DNA of 64,000 nucleotides from Laetmonice hystrix (taxonomy: Eukaryota). The notes under the pieces are model-generated. The model worked only from the letters and a program-made list of their open reading frames with translations, was not told the DNA's origin and did no database searches. The stretch lies in NCBI GenBank assembly GCA_965235115.1, contig OZ249436.1, positions 16,990,001 to 17,054,000 on the forward strand, written 5' to 3'. Position numbers and translations under genes: made by a program. Shown here piece after piece: positions 22,389 through 36,242 of this stretch (the first letter of the stretch is position 1; each line of letters begins with the position of its first letter).

Positions 22389-25224
22389 GCAAGGAAGACG
22401 TTAACTAGACAGCAGGTTGGGGCAGCAGGAGGACATCCATTTCATGTGCAGGGGGACATCGCTGGGAGGTGGTCCTTGTCGTTGGTGCAGACAGCAGGCT
22501 CGCTGGCCACGGGACTGTCAATTGGTGACCCGTTTGGACTCTACTGCAGTGCGCATACTCTTGGTTCAATCATTACTCAGTAGACAACCTTCTCAGTTAA
22601 AAGGATGTGTCCCAGTCGTGAAGAGAACTGGATCTAGAAATCAGCTGGAAAAAGGCCGTGTGTTGCATACACCTGTTTATATGACATTTCTTTACATGTC
22701 CCTTGCAAGAACGAATTAAATTTGTGAGTAAACTAGGCCCAGATGTGTTTGAGGGACCTCCTACACAGATTCCGGACACTGTCACAAAACAGTTTCACAG
22801 ACTCGAGACCCCCGACACAGGTTGGTGGCCTGGTCAGTGGTGTCCACCCGAGGAGGCAGTAACGGTGCCTAGCAGCAGAGATGCCACATTTGCACAGTCA
22901 CAGTATGGATTATTCCCATTTCTCTTTTCTGTATACCAAGAATGTACAAAGAAGTCAGAGTTTTGACACCTGGTGTAATTAAAAGAACAGTCCTGTGTTT
23001 GGTACCCGGTAGGTGGTTTGTGTATAGTGTAACGTGAACCTAGAACTTGGATGGTTGGAGAAATACTGTGGCGCAGTTGATTTTAGCCAGTTGGTGAGCA
23101 TGGAGAAAGTGAATGATTTTATTTGTTTCACGTGTGTGTTCCTTTAATTGCGAGTTGTATCAGAAAAACAAGGTCTTCTTCAGGTGTGAGAAAGTGTGGC
23201 TGAAGATGTTGCTTTCATTTATAGTCATTCTGTCAGTAGCAGTCTATTCACCTCCATAATACATTCATACAAATAATAAATGTACGTTTTGTATACTTTA
23301 GTTCTTAGAGTTCTGATTGTACAAAGGTTTATGGTTTGGCGCGGGGCTGATGAGCTGACCTAAAAGGTAACATTGGCCATCAAGACTAACGTCGATTTTT
23401 AATAATTTTTGTAATTCAAAATTAAATCTTGAAATCTTTTCATGATGTGTTTGCCAAGTTTTGTTGTATTGCCAACCAATTCACTAGACTTCCAAAACTC
23501 GCTTTAACCCCTTTCTTTTATCTGATAAAAGATCGACTCTGGACCAGCCAGTTCTTTCGGAAGTTTCTTTTTGGAATAGCTCAGGAGGAGGAAACTAATA
23601 TCAGGATTTCCTGAGAATTTCGGCAGACTGACGAAATATAGCCAGAAAACTTTGGGAGATCCCCCTCCCCCCATGGAGGTGGGAAATATTTCAGGTCCCA
23701 GACCCGTTGGAATGCTCCATTTTCTGTTAACAACCAATACCTTTTACCCATTAAATTAAATAAATCATGACGGCAGTATATAATACCACAACCAAAGAGG
23801 ATCCTGGATAACTTGTTTTTATTGGAATAATACAAGTGACTGCCCATTCACCATTCGTGGAGCAGATTATAATTATTGCCTGATGATTATTGTAGCAGTG
23901 TACCGAGCGTGAACTGACGCTACACTGATCATGTCCAAAGTCAATTACAAAGAGGAGAGACACTCTTGAAAATTACTTCATGTAGTAACTGTTCGTAATA
24001 TTTTGAACCCCAAATCGTTTTAATCCCCCCACGTCTTTCTCAAATCGTGAATGTAGCTGGGTAGAGCATCCAGCATAACCAAGGCGACAAGCTCGTCCTA
24101 CCCACCCGATCAGATGTTAAGTCACATGCCTGACAACATATAACGGTGGTACCACTCTATCCTGAAAACCATTTAAAAACCAGCAGGATAATGTTACACG
24201 TAATTCAGGCAGGAGATGTCTCCAAGTGACCGCCAGGTGGCCACAGGTTTTGTGTGTCGTGGTTACCGACTCGACCCAGAACAAACATGACTGAAAGACG
24301 TTGTCGGCGCAGGGAGATTGTTACAACCCGTCTGTCAACGGAACTGACAAATCATTGACTTCTTATACGTCACTACGCCATCTGGCGGATCTCATGGGTA
24401 CTCGTACCCTAGCGTATAGAATGAGAAACAATTCACCATCTGGAGTCGACCCCATCTCCGAACCAGGACGAAGGGATTAAGTGGACACTATCAAATCAAA
24501 ATGGTCCAACACATCACGGGTACAAATGAACAGAAATTGCAAATCAAATTCAACAGTCGGTATGTCCTTCAGGGAAAGATTTCGCAAACTGCACAGACCG
24601 CAGCAGAAAGGACAACTAAATTATGCTGCCAGAGACAACATGAAGAACCTCCCCCATTGGGCCCATGTACCTTCAGGGGATACAAATCTGTTATATTATT
24701 CGCCAGTGAATTTTATTCAGGGATATGATCCCTGAGGGATCTATGACACTGGACTCTGTACAACCTTTTCACATGGCAAGTAAATATGAAATGGAATATC
24801 AGCTGAGCTAATATGAAAGGTTATGCAAATGAATACAAACTCCCATAATTTTGACTCTTGTTGCACACAAGCATGATACAGGCACTCTACACTGAGTGGT
24901 GTCGATAGAAAATAAGAAAGAAATACAAAGGAGATAATAGTTCATATCCATTATCATTTTAATAGTTTTGCTTCATATAACGGGCACGCCACAAAAGCAT
25001 ATATATCTGATAAGTGACTATCAATCTAAGGGAATAGCATGGTGGAATTTCCTATCATGAGAGACGTACATATTATACCCCAACCCATCCCCTCACAACA
25101 CACCAGAACCCTAAACAGTTCATCTGTTATTGGCTGCTTGTAAGGGGGAAAATAGATAACCCGCCACCTCAGGGGTGATATGACGTAACACAACATTCAT
25201 CTAAGCCTGCATGTCACTGGCCTC

Positions 25225-25405
25225 CTGACCCCTCACTGACCTACATTTCATTTCAATCCACAAGTTACTGACTTCCCGACCCCTCACTGACCTACATTTC
25301 ATTTCAATCCACAAGTTACTGACTTCCTGACCCCTCACTGACCTACATTTTATGTAAATCCGCAAGTAACGGACCTCCTGACCCCTAAATGACCTACTTC
25401 TGACC
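25225..25405. repeat. ~51-bp tandem repeat (~3 copies)
   Basis: Unit ctgacccctcactgacctacatttcatttcaatccacaagttactgacttc. Confidence 0.8.
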
Positions 25406-26486
25406 CTGCCTTCCCCATAGAATCACCAATAAAGACTTTTAATGAAGTTAGAATAACTGGTCGACGTAAAGAAAGAAACAGAGCTGCTGTACCAATTCCT
25501 CTGGTGTTGTTAAATAAAGACGTCCTCATGGGTCAAAACATCCAACACTATAGTCTCCCACCAGCTTCGACTCAATGCTCATTGTGGGTTTGACGCAGCT
25601 TCGAAATCCTCAAGTACAGACATTTTTCCCACAAAGAATTTGTACTCTGTGTAAAAAGTCCTTAACATAACACCTAAAACCGTGAAACACACGACCAGAA
25701 CTAAAACCTTTGTATCCTCCTCGTCTACCAATATTTGAGAGAAATGCCAGATTTAGATCTTGTCAATTGGACCCATCGGTTCTGTTCCGCCCCATCGAAG
25801 GCTCCCATACAGACTAGGCAGGATCACATAGATATATATCCCATTCACATCTTGTATAAATTGGTGAGGTTTGACTTTAATCAGATATTACATCTACTCT
25901 GTCTGCCAGAGGTAACGGTCCTTTATGAACAGGGATTTCAGATACGGCATCTTTTCTTGAGGTCATTGCTTTTTTGAAACATTGTACAAAGTCTTACCAT
26001 ACTTTCTCATACTCTCACACAAACCAATTACATGTCAGCTTTCAAACCGTTTAAGTGCAATTAATCAACGTGAAGAGATTTCGAATAACATATTATGTTA
26101 CTGGTTATTCTGTAAAAGGGAAAACTGTGGTGGTTGTAGGATGACCCTGTACCGACAGCAGACCGGCCTTATTCAAGTCACAGGCTTCAAGCGTGTTGGC
26201 CCAGTTATCACTTCATTAACCTCCCTCAACCTCCTAAAGCTCCCCACCCCTTCCTCTATAACTACCCCACCCCATCTCAAACCCCCCACCCACTGTCTGC
26301 ATCAGGCCACAGATAGCACGCCAGTTGTTTAAATCCAAACTGTTCCCGATGATTACAACACGAGGGGTCAGTATTTGATTGTTGATGTGACCCCACCCCT
26401 GACCTCTCCTCGCTGACTCACATGGACCATTTCAAGTCGCCGACGATCAGTGAAGCAGTTTTAGTCTTGTTTTACTCGAGTTGTGT

Positions 26487-29400
26487 TCACTTTTTACCCC
26501 CCCAGAGCCAGCCAACAAGCCCAGTCAGTCCTCCACCTGTCTTCTTCTGTTCCAAGCGTTCATCCAGTGACGGGAACTCCACGTGACTCAGAGCCAGGTC
26601 AAAGAAGAGCGGCTTGCATGGAGTGGGCTCAAAGTCTGGTGGGAACGGCACAAGGTTTGGCTTCTTGGACACCAGGCTTGCATCCTCCACGTAATCTGCC
26701 ATACGGTCGCAGAGCGGCTGTGGGAGAGAGTACAGAGACTGCCAGGGTAAGATAGCACAGAACATCATATCGTGTCGATGATATCGTCTTGAAGAACACA
26801 GTCCTTCTTCTTAAACTTATACTACATTATTGTCTAAAAAATCAATGAATTAAACAGGACGGGTTACACTGGACGGGTACAAACTCAACGACATACCATC
26901 TTACTCCTGGTGGTTGTTGCTGTGGGTAGACTTGTGTCTTCGCTGTCAAGAATACTGGAGGCATGCACCGAGTACTTCAGACCTTCCACCTCGTGGACTA
27001 GGTCCTCCAGGGCAGACACCTAGAAACAAGCAACATATGGGGTCACCGAGTGCACGTAAAGGAGCTTGTAAATCTCAGACACATCCTGACCAGGGTTTTA
27101 AAAACATGTCCTCTTCAACTTGTCTATGGTCTTCTCTGTTTATTGCTTTCTCTCCCCTCTTTTATGGTTTTCTTTAAAGAAATTCATCTCTAGGAAGTTA
27201 AACTTTGCTATGGAGCTATAGAACTGCCCTTTCTCTTGATTTTTTTTATCAATCTGTTTTCCTTGACAAGAACCGTTACCTTTTTGTGACTACTATTGCC
27301 CTTCATGTCCTTATAATCCTTGAGAGCACTCCTTGCATATGTGAGAACTTGTTCATACAGTGCGATCACCTCCTTCCATTTCTTTACTCCTAAATACGTC
27401 TGGGCTGTGTAGAAACACCTAGTAAACAAAGTCAATTCTATGTATTTCAACATCTCAACAATTTTATCATTTATCATTTCAATCATAAATTTATATCACT
27501 TGATTTAGCTGACTTGAAGATATATTTGACTTACCTGAATGCTTTATATCCTAGAATCTGTGTGTTTATATCCTGTGTTAAAGCCATATCATCTTCCACA
27601 CCAGGCAGACTAGGAATCTCTGATAGACTCTGTAATATTAAACAGCCAAACCATTGGTCATGATTGGGGGACGACCAGCAAGGGGTTTAAATAGAATTGC
27701 TGAAATTCATGTCCGTTCTAGAGGCAGAAGTTATGCATCAACACAATTACAATTTCAAGAGAGAAATTCTAATGGAATCATTAATATCCTCTTACCTGGA
27801 TGATAATGTCATAGAGACGTGCCAGGTCCTGTGGCTTGGTGACCTTGCGACTCGAGTCTGACCTTTTCCCAGGTAGGTATTGTTTGAGTGACTCAATCAT
27901 GAGTAGGTTCCTCTCGATGGTCTTGGTCTGCTTCAGGTAGGACAGGTACGTATGTAGATACACCTGGTTTGGAACACGATCTTCTGTCTTCTGACCTCGT
28001 AGGATGGCCTTGAACACCTGGAGATCAATGTATCAAACAAAAGATCACAACTATTATCTAACATTCTACAATTGTTCCCTACAACCAAAAAAAACTGCTA
28101 GAGGTAGTCGAGACAGGTGTTTTGAATCTGACGTGACTATACAAGGGGTGTCATAAAACAGACAATATGACAATATAGAGTCCCCAGCAACAGCCTTCCA
28201 ACATGACACTCCATCTCCTCAACAGATAGCACTCTCAAATGTACTGACAATACACTAGCCTCCTGGTGGCAACAATGATAGTCATAAATGTGTAAATTGT
28301 GCCCTCTAGTGGATATATTGAGAACTACTACATGGGATTCTCCACAAATCTCCTGTAACAGGGGATTCCCCACGAGTCTCCTGTAACATGGGATTCCCCA
28401 CCAGTCTCCAGTAACATGGGATTCCCCACCAGTCTCCTGTAACAGTAGACAAGCTCAACATTCACTCACCTGATCCTCTTTCAGCTCATCACGCAGTGCC
28501 TGCTGGGCATCGATCACCTCCTTCAGCAGACTCTCACAGACACTCAGCTTACTGTCTGTACTCCCAGCCTCAGTCATCTGTCTCTCACTCTCCGTTACAC
28601 TCAGCAGGAACACTCGAACCTTCTCACTCTTCACCGGTACTGTCCGACCTCGCCATGTCACTTCCGACAGCGATGTTGCCTGCTTCTCACGCGTCTTCTC
28701 AATCAACTCCTGCAGAGAAATTTAAGCATGTCACTCTGGTATCCAATACGGAAAAAAATTACATCTTCAGCACTTATCTGCTGATTGAACATAATTTCCT
28801 TTCTCACAGAATTCACCAAATGTGCATTACACCTTCTGACTAAACTTAATTCATTAAAACCTGAAGAACAGAATTATGGTACATGTTAGAAACAGAACAA
28901 AATCTCATCTTACGTCAAGCCTTGAGGCAAGAGCATCTGTTGTTCCCGTCTTAAGTCGCATCTGACGGAGATCTTCGATGGCCGACTCATCACCTATGTT
29001 GTATGCACAGTATCTGATAGAGGGCGCTAGTTCCTCCACCCGCTGAAGATAAACTTCCTTTATGTCATCAACAAATGCTCCAGCCAGCTTCGTATAAATC
29101 GTCCTGGTGTCACAAAAAAAAAGCAAAAAAAACCCAGTTACTAAATAGAATGGGCAAAGAAAGTTCTACTTCCCTAAATTCCACTCCAACTCACTTTTGA
29201 GATTCTGTGTTTGAGATTCACAACAACTTGACCATTTCAAGCAAGTCTCGTCCTTCAGCATTGTGCGATAGGCTGGCCATTCTAACGGTCGATGTTCTAT
29301 TTATAGATGTCAGTTCCTATGCTGTAGCATAGGAACTGAGGTCTATAAATAGCACATCAACCGTTAGTATGGCCAGCCTATCGCAAAATGCTGAAGGACT

Positions 29401-32400
29401 AGACTGTCGCTTTAAGGGTTGAGCTCTGCCACTCAAACTTAGCTCTTTATTTCACATAAAACAACTGGACAACATGTTTTATAACTTGATGTGCCTGCCA
29501 GTCTTTGTGTGTTCTCAGTATACAGACAGTGAGCAGACAAGGCACTTACTTTGCACTGCCATAAAGTTCAATGGCAACCTTCCAATTCTCGAACTCAAAG
29601 TGCAACGATCCTTTCATTGCTGCAAGGTAGGCCTGAAAATCAAATACCAAATACATTTAAACATGGATTGAGGTTATATGCAGCACACATTCATCAACTA
29701 AGCAGGGTCCACGGACATTTGATACAGCCACCAGAAATATTATGTCAGATTTATTTCTACCCTTCAGCAGCTCTCAAACTGCCCAGAGCCAGTGGCCCCC
29801 ATGTTTCTCCTACCTGAGCTTCTAGTTTTGTCCGAGCATCGCACTTCACACTTTCACAGAGAGAAGCGAGTGTTTCAGCATGCTTGACAGCCTTCTTCAG
29901 CTTGCTGATCATGTGGAAGCGTTTTCGTGGCTCTGTGTTGGCCTCAGCCTTGAGTTGCTGGCTATAGGACCATGACCTCTCGGCATCCACCAGAGGCAGG
30001 TAAAGGTACCTGTAGCAACCACAGTCGATTATTATAACAACAACAGTAACTGATCCTCACACATCTTACATCCACAGCCGAGTATTATAACAACAGTAAC
30101 TGATCCTCACACATCTTACAACCACAACCAACTTATATACTCGCCTGAGCCGAGTAGTCTAACAACAACAATAACTAATCATCACATCTTACAACAACCA
30201 TTCTACAACATTCTCCTGACAGTTTTCACAACCACAGTCAAGAATAGACTATGGGAAGATTGGAAGAAAAAGAATGCTCCTACCTGACATCAGTAAGGTT
30301 AGCCTCTGTGATCTTCTTTGGGACAACCTTATGTCGTGTGCCCTGCGGGAAGTGCAGCGACTTGCGGATACGTCGCAGACGGCGTGAACAGTACTGCCTA
30401 CAAACACAACAAGCCAAGGTTCACTAACACAGACTCGGCATCATTTTTCTGTGTAAGCCAGGGTTGGGAAAAAAGCAGTCGATACAAGTACTGACCAGAC
30501 CAGAGGTCATTACTGAAAACAGTCTTATACTGGTCAATACACGAAGTCTCTGGGACCCTATCTAACCCAGCCGACGAGTTCAATGTAGGGGAATGTAGTG
30601 TGGCTCACTGTGGTCCAGATTGTAACATTAAATGCAGGGAACTACCTAACCAAGCAAGTCTTTCTCAGGAGCTGATATTTTTGCAGAAAGAACGCAGATT
30701 TGTACACTTCCAAGGAATATTGGTATCACTGTTTGTGGTGTTCGAAGCAAAACCTTTGATTTGAATAATTTCATTTCAATAAAAAATTGATTTAAATTTA
30801 CAACTCATGTGGCTCTTTCAGTTAAAGAACATAAGTTCAATTATGTTGACCAGTATAGACCACTTTGGAAGTGTTGACCAGGATGGTTTTAACCAGCCAA
30901 ACCCGTACAAAAACAGACCTGTACAGTGTTTCTTTAAATTCAGCAGCATTGTTCATTAACCAGGATATTTCCCCACCGAAAGAAGGCATACCTGTATCGC
31001 TGCCAGTCTCCATGTCGTAAACCATGCTGCTGCTGTGCTTCCTTTATCAACTGCAATACTACAACATCCACAATGTCCACATTACAACGTCATCGCATCA
31101 CAATCATGAATCCCCTTTTCTTTCATAAAGTGACATCTTTAAAATTAACAATAATCTTCATTAACTTTAAGCTATCATGATAAACCTCAAATTCAAAAGT
31201 TCTCATTCATCAACCAAGGTTAAGACTTTTTATTCTCCAGCTGTTTGCACGGAACAACATAATTTTGCAGATGAGAGAATGGTTTAAAAGTTTCTGTAAT
31301 ACCTAGTACAAAAGTCTTCTGAGGAAGAGTATATTCTCTACCAAAACTGCCCCAGGTCATGTGACATGTTATATTGGATTCTTATTGGACGATGTCGTCC
31401 CACAGTGGGTAGAGGTGCAGACCTGTGATCAGATCGATGGTTCGAATCTCACAGTGCCCAGTCATTGTGCAACATGGTGATATCATGGCTAAAAACAGCC
31501 AGATATATCAGACCCATGGTGAGTATTCAAAATTAGCAACATACACAATCTGTGGAAAATTGACGGGTATTGCCAGTTGTTTTACCAAGTATCACACACA
31601 TTTTCTGAAACCTTAGTCACACCGGGCACAGCTTTACCATACAGCTTTACAGTCTGTTCGCTCTAAGAAGAGCTTGACCTCGGCCTCATTATAAGCTGTG
31701 ACCTGCCCCCTCCTCCCGTCTACCCACAGCTGGCGTATCACAAGTCGTCACCGCATGTCACTCAAGAATGGCACCAAACTCCATGTGGTTCTGTATTACC
31801 CCAAATGGAGTGCTCACCCCAGGTTTACATCCTTCCGCGGGCAGCCGTTACGGCCCGCGGCCTGTTATTGGACACGCTGGAGGAGTGGGGCGGGAGGGTC
31901 ATGAATATGCTGGAGCTCTTCTGAGAGCAAACAGACTGTAGAACAACTGAGCATGCATGCACATACCCACGCGGGTGGGTATGTGGGTAAAAATTAGGGT
32001 ACAGACGAGAGGAGGGGTTAGGGTTAGGGTTAGCCTAACCCTAACTGCTGTTACAAATATGTGAATTAATCAAATAAAGACTGCATATACTGTACAACAT
32101 TATATTTGATTCCTTCAAGTTGCTCACGGCATCATCAGGAGGTTTTTATCACTTCATGGAAAAATGGTTACCCAACGATTTTGAGGGTATACAGATCCGT
32201 ACCCTGAAAAAGTTTTAGGGTACGGAATTTTACGGCTCCTTTTATAGTCTAGAAACCCACCCCCCCCACATCCAGGATCTGGGGGGGGGGAGATCATCCC
32301 CGTCAGACGGCAGAATAAATAAATCAGTTTTACCTATTACCAACACGAAACAATATGTTTGGGTTAGGGTTAAGGTTAGGCCTGGGGTTAGTGTGAGCTT

Positions 32401-33785
32401 AGTCGCAATATTGCTGTTAATTAGGCACTCATTAGATAATCCGCTATTCTGCCATCAGACATCATCCAATAACAATCCAGCGGGGCATTTCTCATCATGT
32501 CGTTAGCTTGCCGTATTGTTAACTCCAATGCATTTTCAATGGGGATTTTAACGCACGACAGGATAACGATAGATGAGAAACGCACCCCAGTATTGCAGTC
32601 ACAGGCCCGCAGCCAGCGTTGTTTGTGGGAAGGATCTGAGGACAGTGGGGCGGAACTCGGCAGCACCGATCTTGGCCCTGTATGCAAGGCCTAGCAGGCT
32701 AGCACCACTGGGCGCAACTTTTGGGTCTGGCAGGGGGGGGAGGGGGGATCGGCCGATCCCCCCTGGCTACGGGCCTCAGGGGCGGATCCAGGATTTTGGA
32801 AAAGGGGGGGGCCGGTTGGAATTAAACGGGGGGCCGAGCCCTAGCAGGGGGTCCAGGGGCATGCCCCCGGACAATTTTGAACATCTAGAGTCTCTGAAAT
32901 AGCATTTCCTGAAATTTCCTGCATTCTGAGAAAGCAAAATGTTTGCTTTTACAGTTGCAAACAACAAAATTTTGCCTTTTTTCTGATTGGTACCTTGACG
33001 AAAGGGGGGGGCCGCGGCCCCCTCGGCCCCCCCCCTGAATCCGCCCCTGGGCCTGAGTCACATGACCATTCCATACACCGGCAGAATAACCACTGGCAGT
33101 ACCCTATATTATACATTAATTTGGCATATTTGTTTTTGTGCAACTGAAAATCAAAGTAGAGATTACACTACAGTCACAGTCCAGGCTCAAAACTCATTAT
33201 AAATCTAACACCAGGTAAGCAATAAACTAGATAAAGACAAGAATAAGGTTATAATTTTTTGACTTTGTCTTTACTTGTTTGGGTCTTGTTTTAAAAGATA
33301 TTTCAGCAATTAACATTTATTATAAACCAGCAACCTAGTCTTAGAAAGCAAGGCCCCGGTCCAAAGTAGGCCTGACAATGATTGTTAATATTTTGTAGTA
33401 TGTTCAATCCATACTGATTACTCTTTCGGCCTGAGGGTTCGGCCTGAGTACACACACCCGGTTATTTTTTTGTCAACGTCACGGCCGACCCGCCGCCCGT
33501 GGCGTACTACAATCTCCGCCGCAGCGACCTGCCAACTCGACGGTTCCCGACCGCCTACCTCGCTCTGTCATCGACCAACATATGGTTGTACGGTCTCCCC
33601 ACCTAAACCAGCCCCGTCCTACTCGCCACCCTTCACCCCTACTATAGAAATGGGTTTTAAGACATCAATACACCCTCGTCCTTACCTTCCAAAGTGTACG
33701 TGTCCGCTTGTGCTTGCGTTTCTCCGTGAGCGCTGGAGGCCGAGGTGCCCCGCGCCACGCCATGACCATCGTCTCCGGCAGCCAT
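26487..33785 (-). CDS. SRP68: Signal recognition particle subunit SRP68, 12 exons, 599 aa
   Basis: Exons (minus) 33785-33686, 31058-30992, 30397-30284, 30009-29814, 29632-29550, 29103-28914, 28709-28470, 28017-27796, 27629-27535, 27418-27280, 27019-26897, 26717-26487; 1800 nt, phases consistent. Diagnostic motifs [77 protein letters not shown]. Confidence 0.97.
28330..28443. repeat. ~28-bp tandem repeat (4 copies) in an SRP68 intron
   Basis: Unit catgggattccccaccagtctcctgtaa. Confidence 0.8.
29244..29405. mobile_element. Fully palindromic fold-back MITE (~162 bp) in SRP68 intron 5
   Basis: Arms agtctcgtccttcagca...gttcctatgct and agcataggaac...tgctgaaggactagact pair over ~80 bp with few mismatches and a 2-nt loop. 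Confidence 0.8.
31403..31530 (+). mobile_element. Degenerate tRNA-derived SINE (second family)
   Basis: gacctgtgatcag..ggttcgaatc head; 3' atcatggctaaaaacagccagatatatcagacccatggtg matches the minus-strand copy at 34828-35000. Confidence 0.6.
31650..31938. mobile_element. Tc1/mariner-like MITE
   Basis: TIR cagtctgttcgctctaagaagagct / agctcttctgagagcaaacagactg flanked by TA on both sides. Confidence 0.78.
32602..33055. mobile_element. Outer MITE (CAGGCCCG..CGGGCCTG) with 5-bp TSD, interrupted by an inner MITE
   Basis: Ends caggcccgcagccag / ctggctacgggcct[insert]g; TSD AGTCA at 32597-32601 and 33056-33060. Confidence 0.8.
32777..33049. mobile_element. Inner MITE (CAGGGGCGGAT..ATCCGCCCCTG) with 5-bp TSD
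   Basis: TIR caggggcggat / atccgcccctg; TSD GGCCT at 32772-32776 and 33050-33054. Confidence 0.85.
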
Positions 33786-34109
33786 GTTGGACAATCGGAA
33801 GTGAGGCATTCACGAGTGGCGACACGTAGCGGCTATCGTTAGAGTGAAATATTTCAGATAGTTCGGCCATTAGTCGCCAGGGAACGAGTGGATAACAGGA
33901 CAATCGAATGGACCATGGTAGCATTTATGCTTCATGTCGGCACACGTACCAGTAACTAAAAGTTCAGTTTGGATCAACCCTCAGGATTGTCGGCTGAGAA
34001 CACTGGAGCATCGATAGCTATAACTTCCTTTCCACGAAATCTGACCAAAATTTGCATTAAAAATTCCGAGACTTCGGAGACAGTTCTCTGATTACAATTT
34101 TGGTGAAAC

Positions 34110-34220
34110 AGAAAGGGAGGGAGAGGTAGAGAGAGGGACTGAGGGAGGGGAGAAGAGGGAGAGAGACAGAGTGACAGACAGAGAAAGGCACAGAAACAGA
34201 GAGAAAGACACAGAGAGGCA
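34110..34220. repeat. GA-rich microsatellite-like tract
   Basis: (GA)n/(GACA)n-rich purine tract. Confidence 0.75.
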
Positions 34221-34376
34221 GCTGGAATCACCAAAGTTCTCACGCTGAAAAGGAAGTTTCCCATTCTCGCACTCTAATGTGACGACACGGAATGTTGACA
34301 CCAGTGCTGGGATGAGCCTACCATCCCGCACTCCCAGTTCACCAAAGTTCTCACGCTGAAAAGGAAGTTTCCCATT

Positions 34377-35772
34377 CACACCTAACAAAGCAATATTCAA
34401 GCAACATTGCAGCAACATGGTCATTTCGTTGCAGCAATGTTGGCATGTAACATGGCAGCAACATTTTTTGGTGAACACTCAGGAATGTTGCAGCAATGTT
34501 TTCAGTAATATTGTGATTACATTGGAACAACATTACATCAGTATTATTTTAATATTATTGCAGCATGATCATTTTGTTGCACCAATGTTGCCATGTACCA
34601 TGGCAGCAACATTCGCAAGTTATGTTTTCATAATATTGTGATATTATACTGGAATATTAAAAAAATTATCATCTTAATGCCAGCGGGCACAGCACGTGGA
34701 AATCACATGTAATGCACGTGGATTTGCCACGTGGAAATCACCATGTGGATATGTCCATGTGGATTACAGGTGCTATTTTCCATGTGATATCACCCAGTTT
34801 TCCATTTATCCAGGTTTCCACATCATACACACCGTGGGTCTGATATTCGGCTATTTTTATCCATGATATGGCCGCCACGGTTGAGTGGTCACTGACTCAG
34901 AGACCCGTATGCCTTTTTCGTGCAGCTGCCGGGCACTGGTGGGACTCGAACCGTGGATCTCCTGATCACAGGTCCGCGTATCTGCCCATTCGGCCACACT
35001 TGTAGCTTGTATCTTGCACGGTTGGAATCCTGTTTTTGCTCGTGTTGCTATCAATAAACCCCGGCGCGTTACCGCGGGGGTTTAGATCTATTGATAGCAC
35101 CCCTCGGTTGATTATTTTTCTCTCTCAATAAAATCCTCTAGATCTACTTTGTCTCGTATTTTTTCTCCATTTGTCAATTCAGAACCTTTACCATAAACCC
35201 CTTCGCTAAAGCTCAGGGCTTTTAGTGATAGCACCCGTAATAAGGTAATGGGGGGTATTTCGCTAGAAAAAAGAAATCGTCCCACCTTCCACCAGGAACT
35301 ACAAAATTGCTGCAATATTGTAGAAACATACATTGAATTCCTGATGAACTCTCATATTGCTGCAATACTGCAGCAACATACATTCATATAAATACTGTTG
35401 AACTGTATTGCTGTAATACTGCAGCAACGTTAGGCCTACATGTAGGTCTAAATGTTGAACTGTAATATTGCTGCCATACTGTAGCAACATACATTGAATT
35501 CCTGTAACTCTCATATAATATTGCTGCAATACTGTGGCAACATACATTAAATTTCTGTTGAACTCTCATATTGCTGCAATCAACATACATTCAAATTGTG
35601 TAAAACATGACTGTACTTTATGCTGGCATCTAACACTGACTCAATATTGCTGAAATATTTTACCTTTAACTATCTTAGATACAGTGTTGCAGCAATGTTG
35701 CAGCAATGTTACCCAAAGCGCAATTCTCGTACAAGTCCAGTAATATTGCTGGAATACTGCGTGTTCGCTGGG
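34377..35772. mobile_element. Degenerate non-autonomous CACTA/EnSpm-like element with nested insertions
   Basis: Right end ..gctggaatactgcgtgttcgctggg, with a degenerate matching left end at ~34377; dense ttgcagcaa/ttgctgcaa subterminal motifs; contains another ccagcgggcaca-type fragment (~34680) and a SINE. Confidence 0.65.
34828..35000 (-). mobile_element. tRNA-derived SINE (second family)
   Basis: Minus-strand A box TGGCCGAATGG (34996-34986) and B box GGTTCGAGTCC (34952-34942); 3' part shared with 31403-31530. Confidence 0.7.
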
Positions 35773-36063
35773 TTTCATCCTTCCCATTACGACCAGTTGG
35801 ACTGCTGGCGCCGCCTGGCTGGACTGGCCGGCCCGACCCGGCTGGAGGCTAGTCTACCGCCTGGTGGCCAAGTTATTTGCCCAGAATCCCCACACTCGCG
35901 CTGGCAGGCAGGGGACCATGCAAACTCCTTCCCATGAGCCTCTCGGTTCTCTCAAGTCTCTTTCCCCCTACCCCACCCCTAGGATGTATTTATCGATCCC
36001 CCCCCCCCACACACACACACCCAAGTTTCAAATAGATTCCCCTACCCCCAGGGTTTGTTTACA

Positions 36064-36242
36064 AGTGCTAGTGTGAGGCCAAAAATTGGTTTGAGACAGA
36101 TTTCTTTTAAATTTTGCAGATAAACAGAGTATGTTGTCCTCTTTCAAAATTCAGCAAAAAAATGATACCTCACCGGCTTAGTTTTTTTGTTAGGAGCGTT
36201 TGAAGTTGGAATTTTCTTCATGTTAATAAATAAAGTTTACAA

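Noticed and set aside
32014..32045. Telomere-telomere fusion scar
   Set aside because: Only about five hexamers, inside an SRP68 intron, and similar tracts occur in other repeat remnants in the window.
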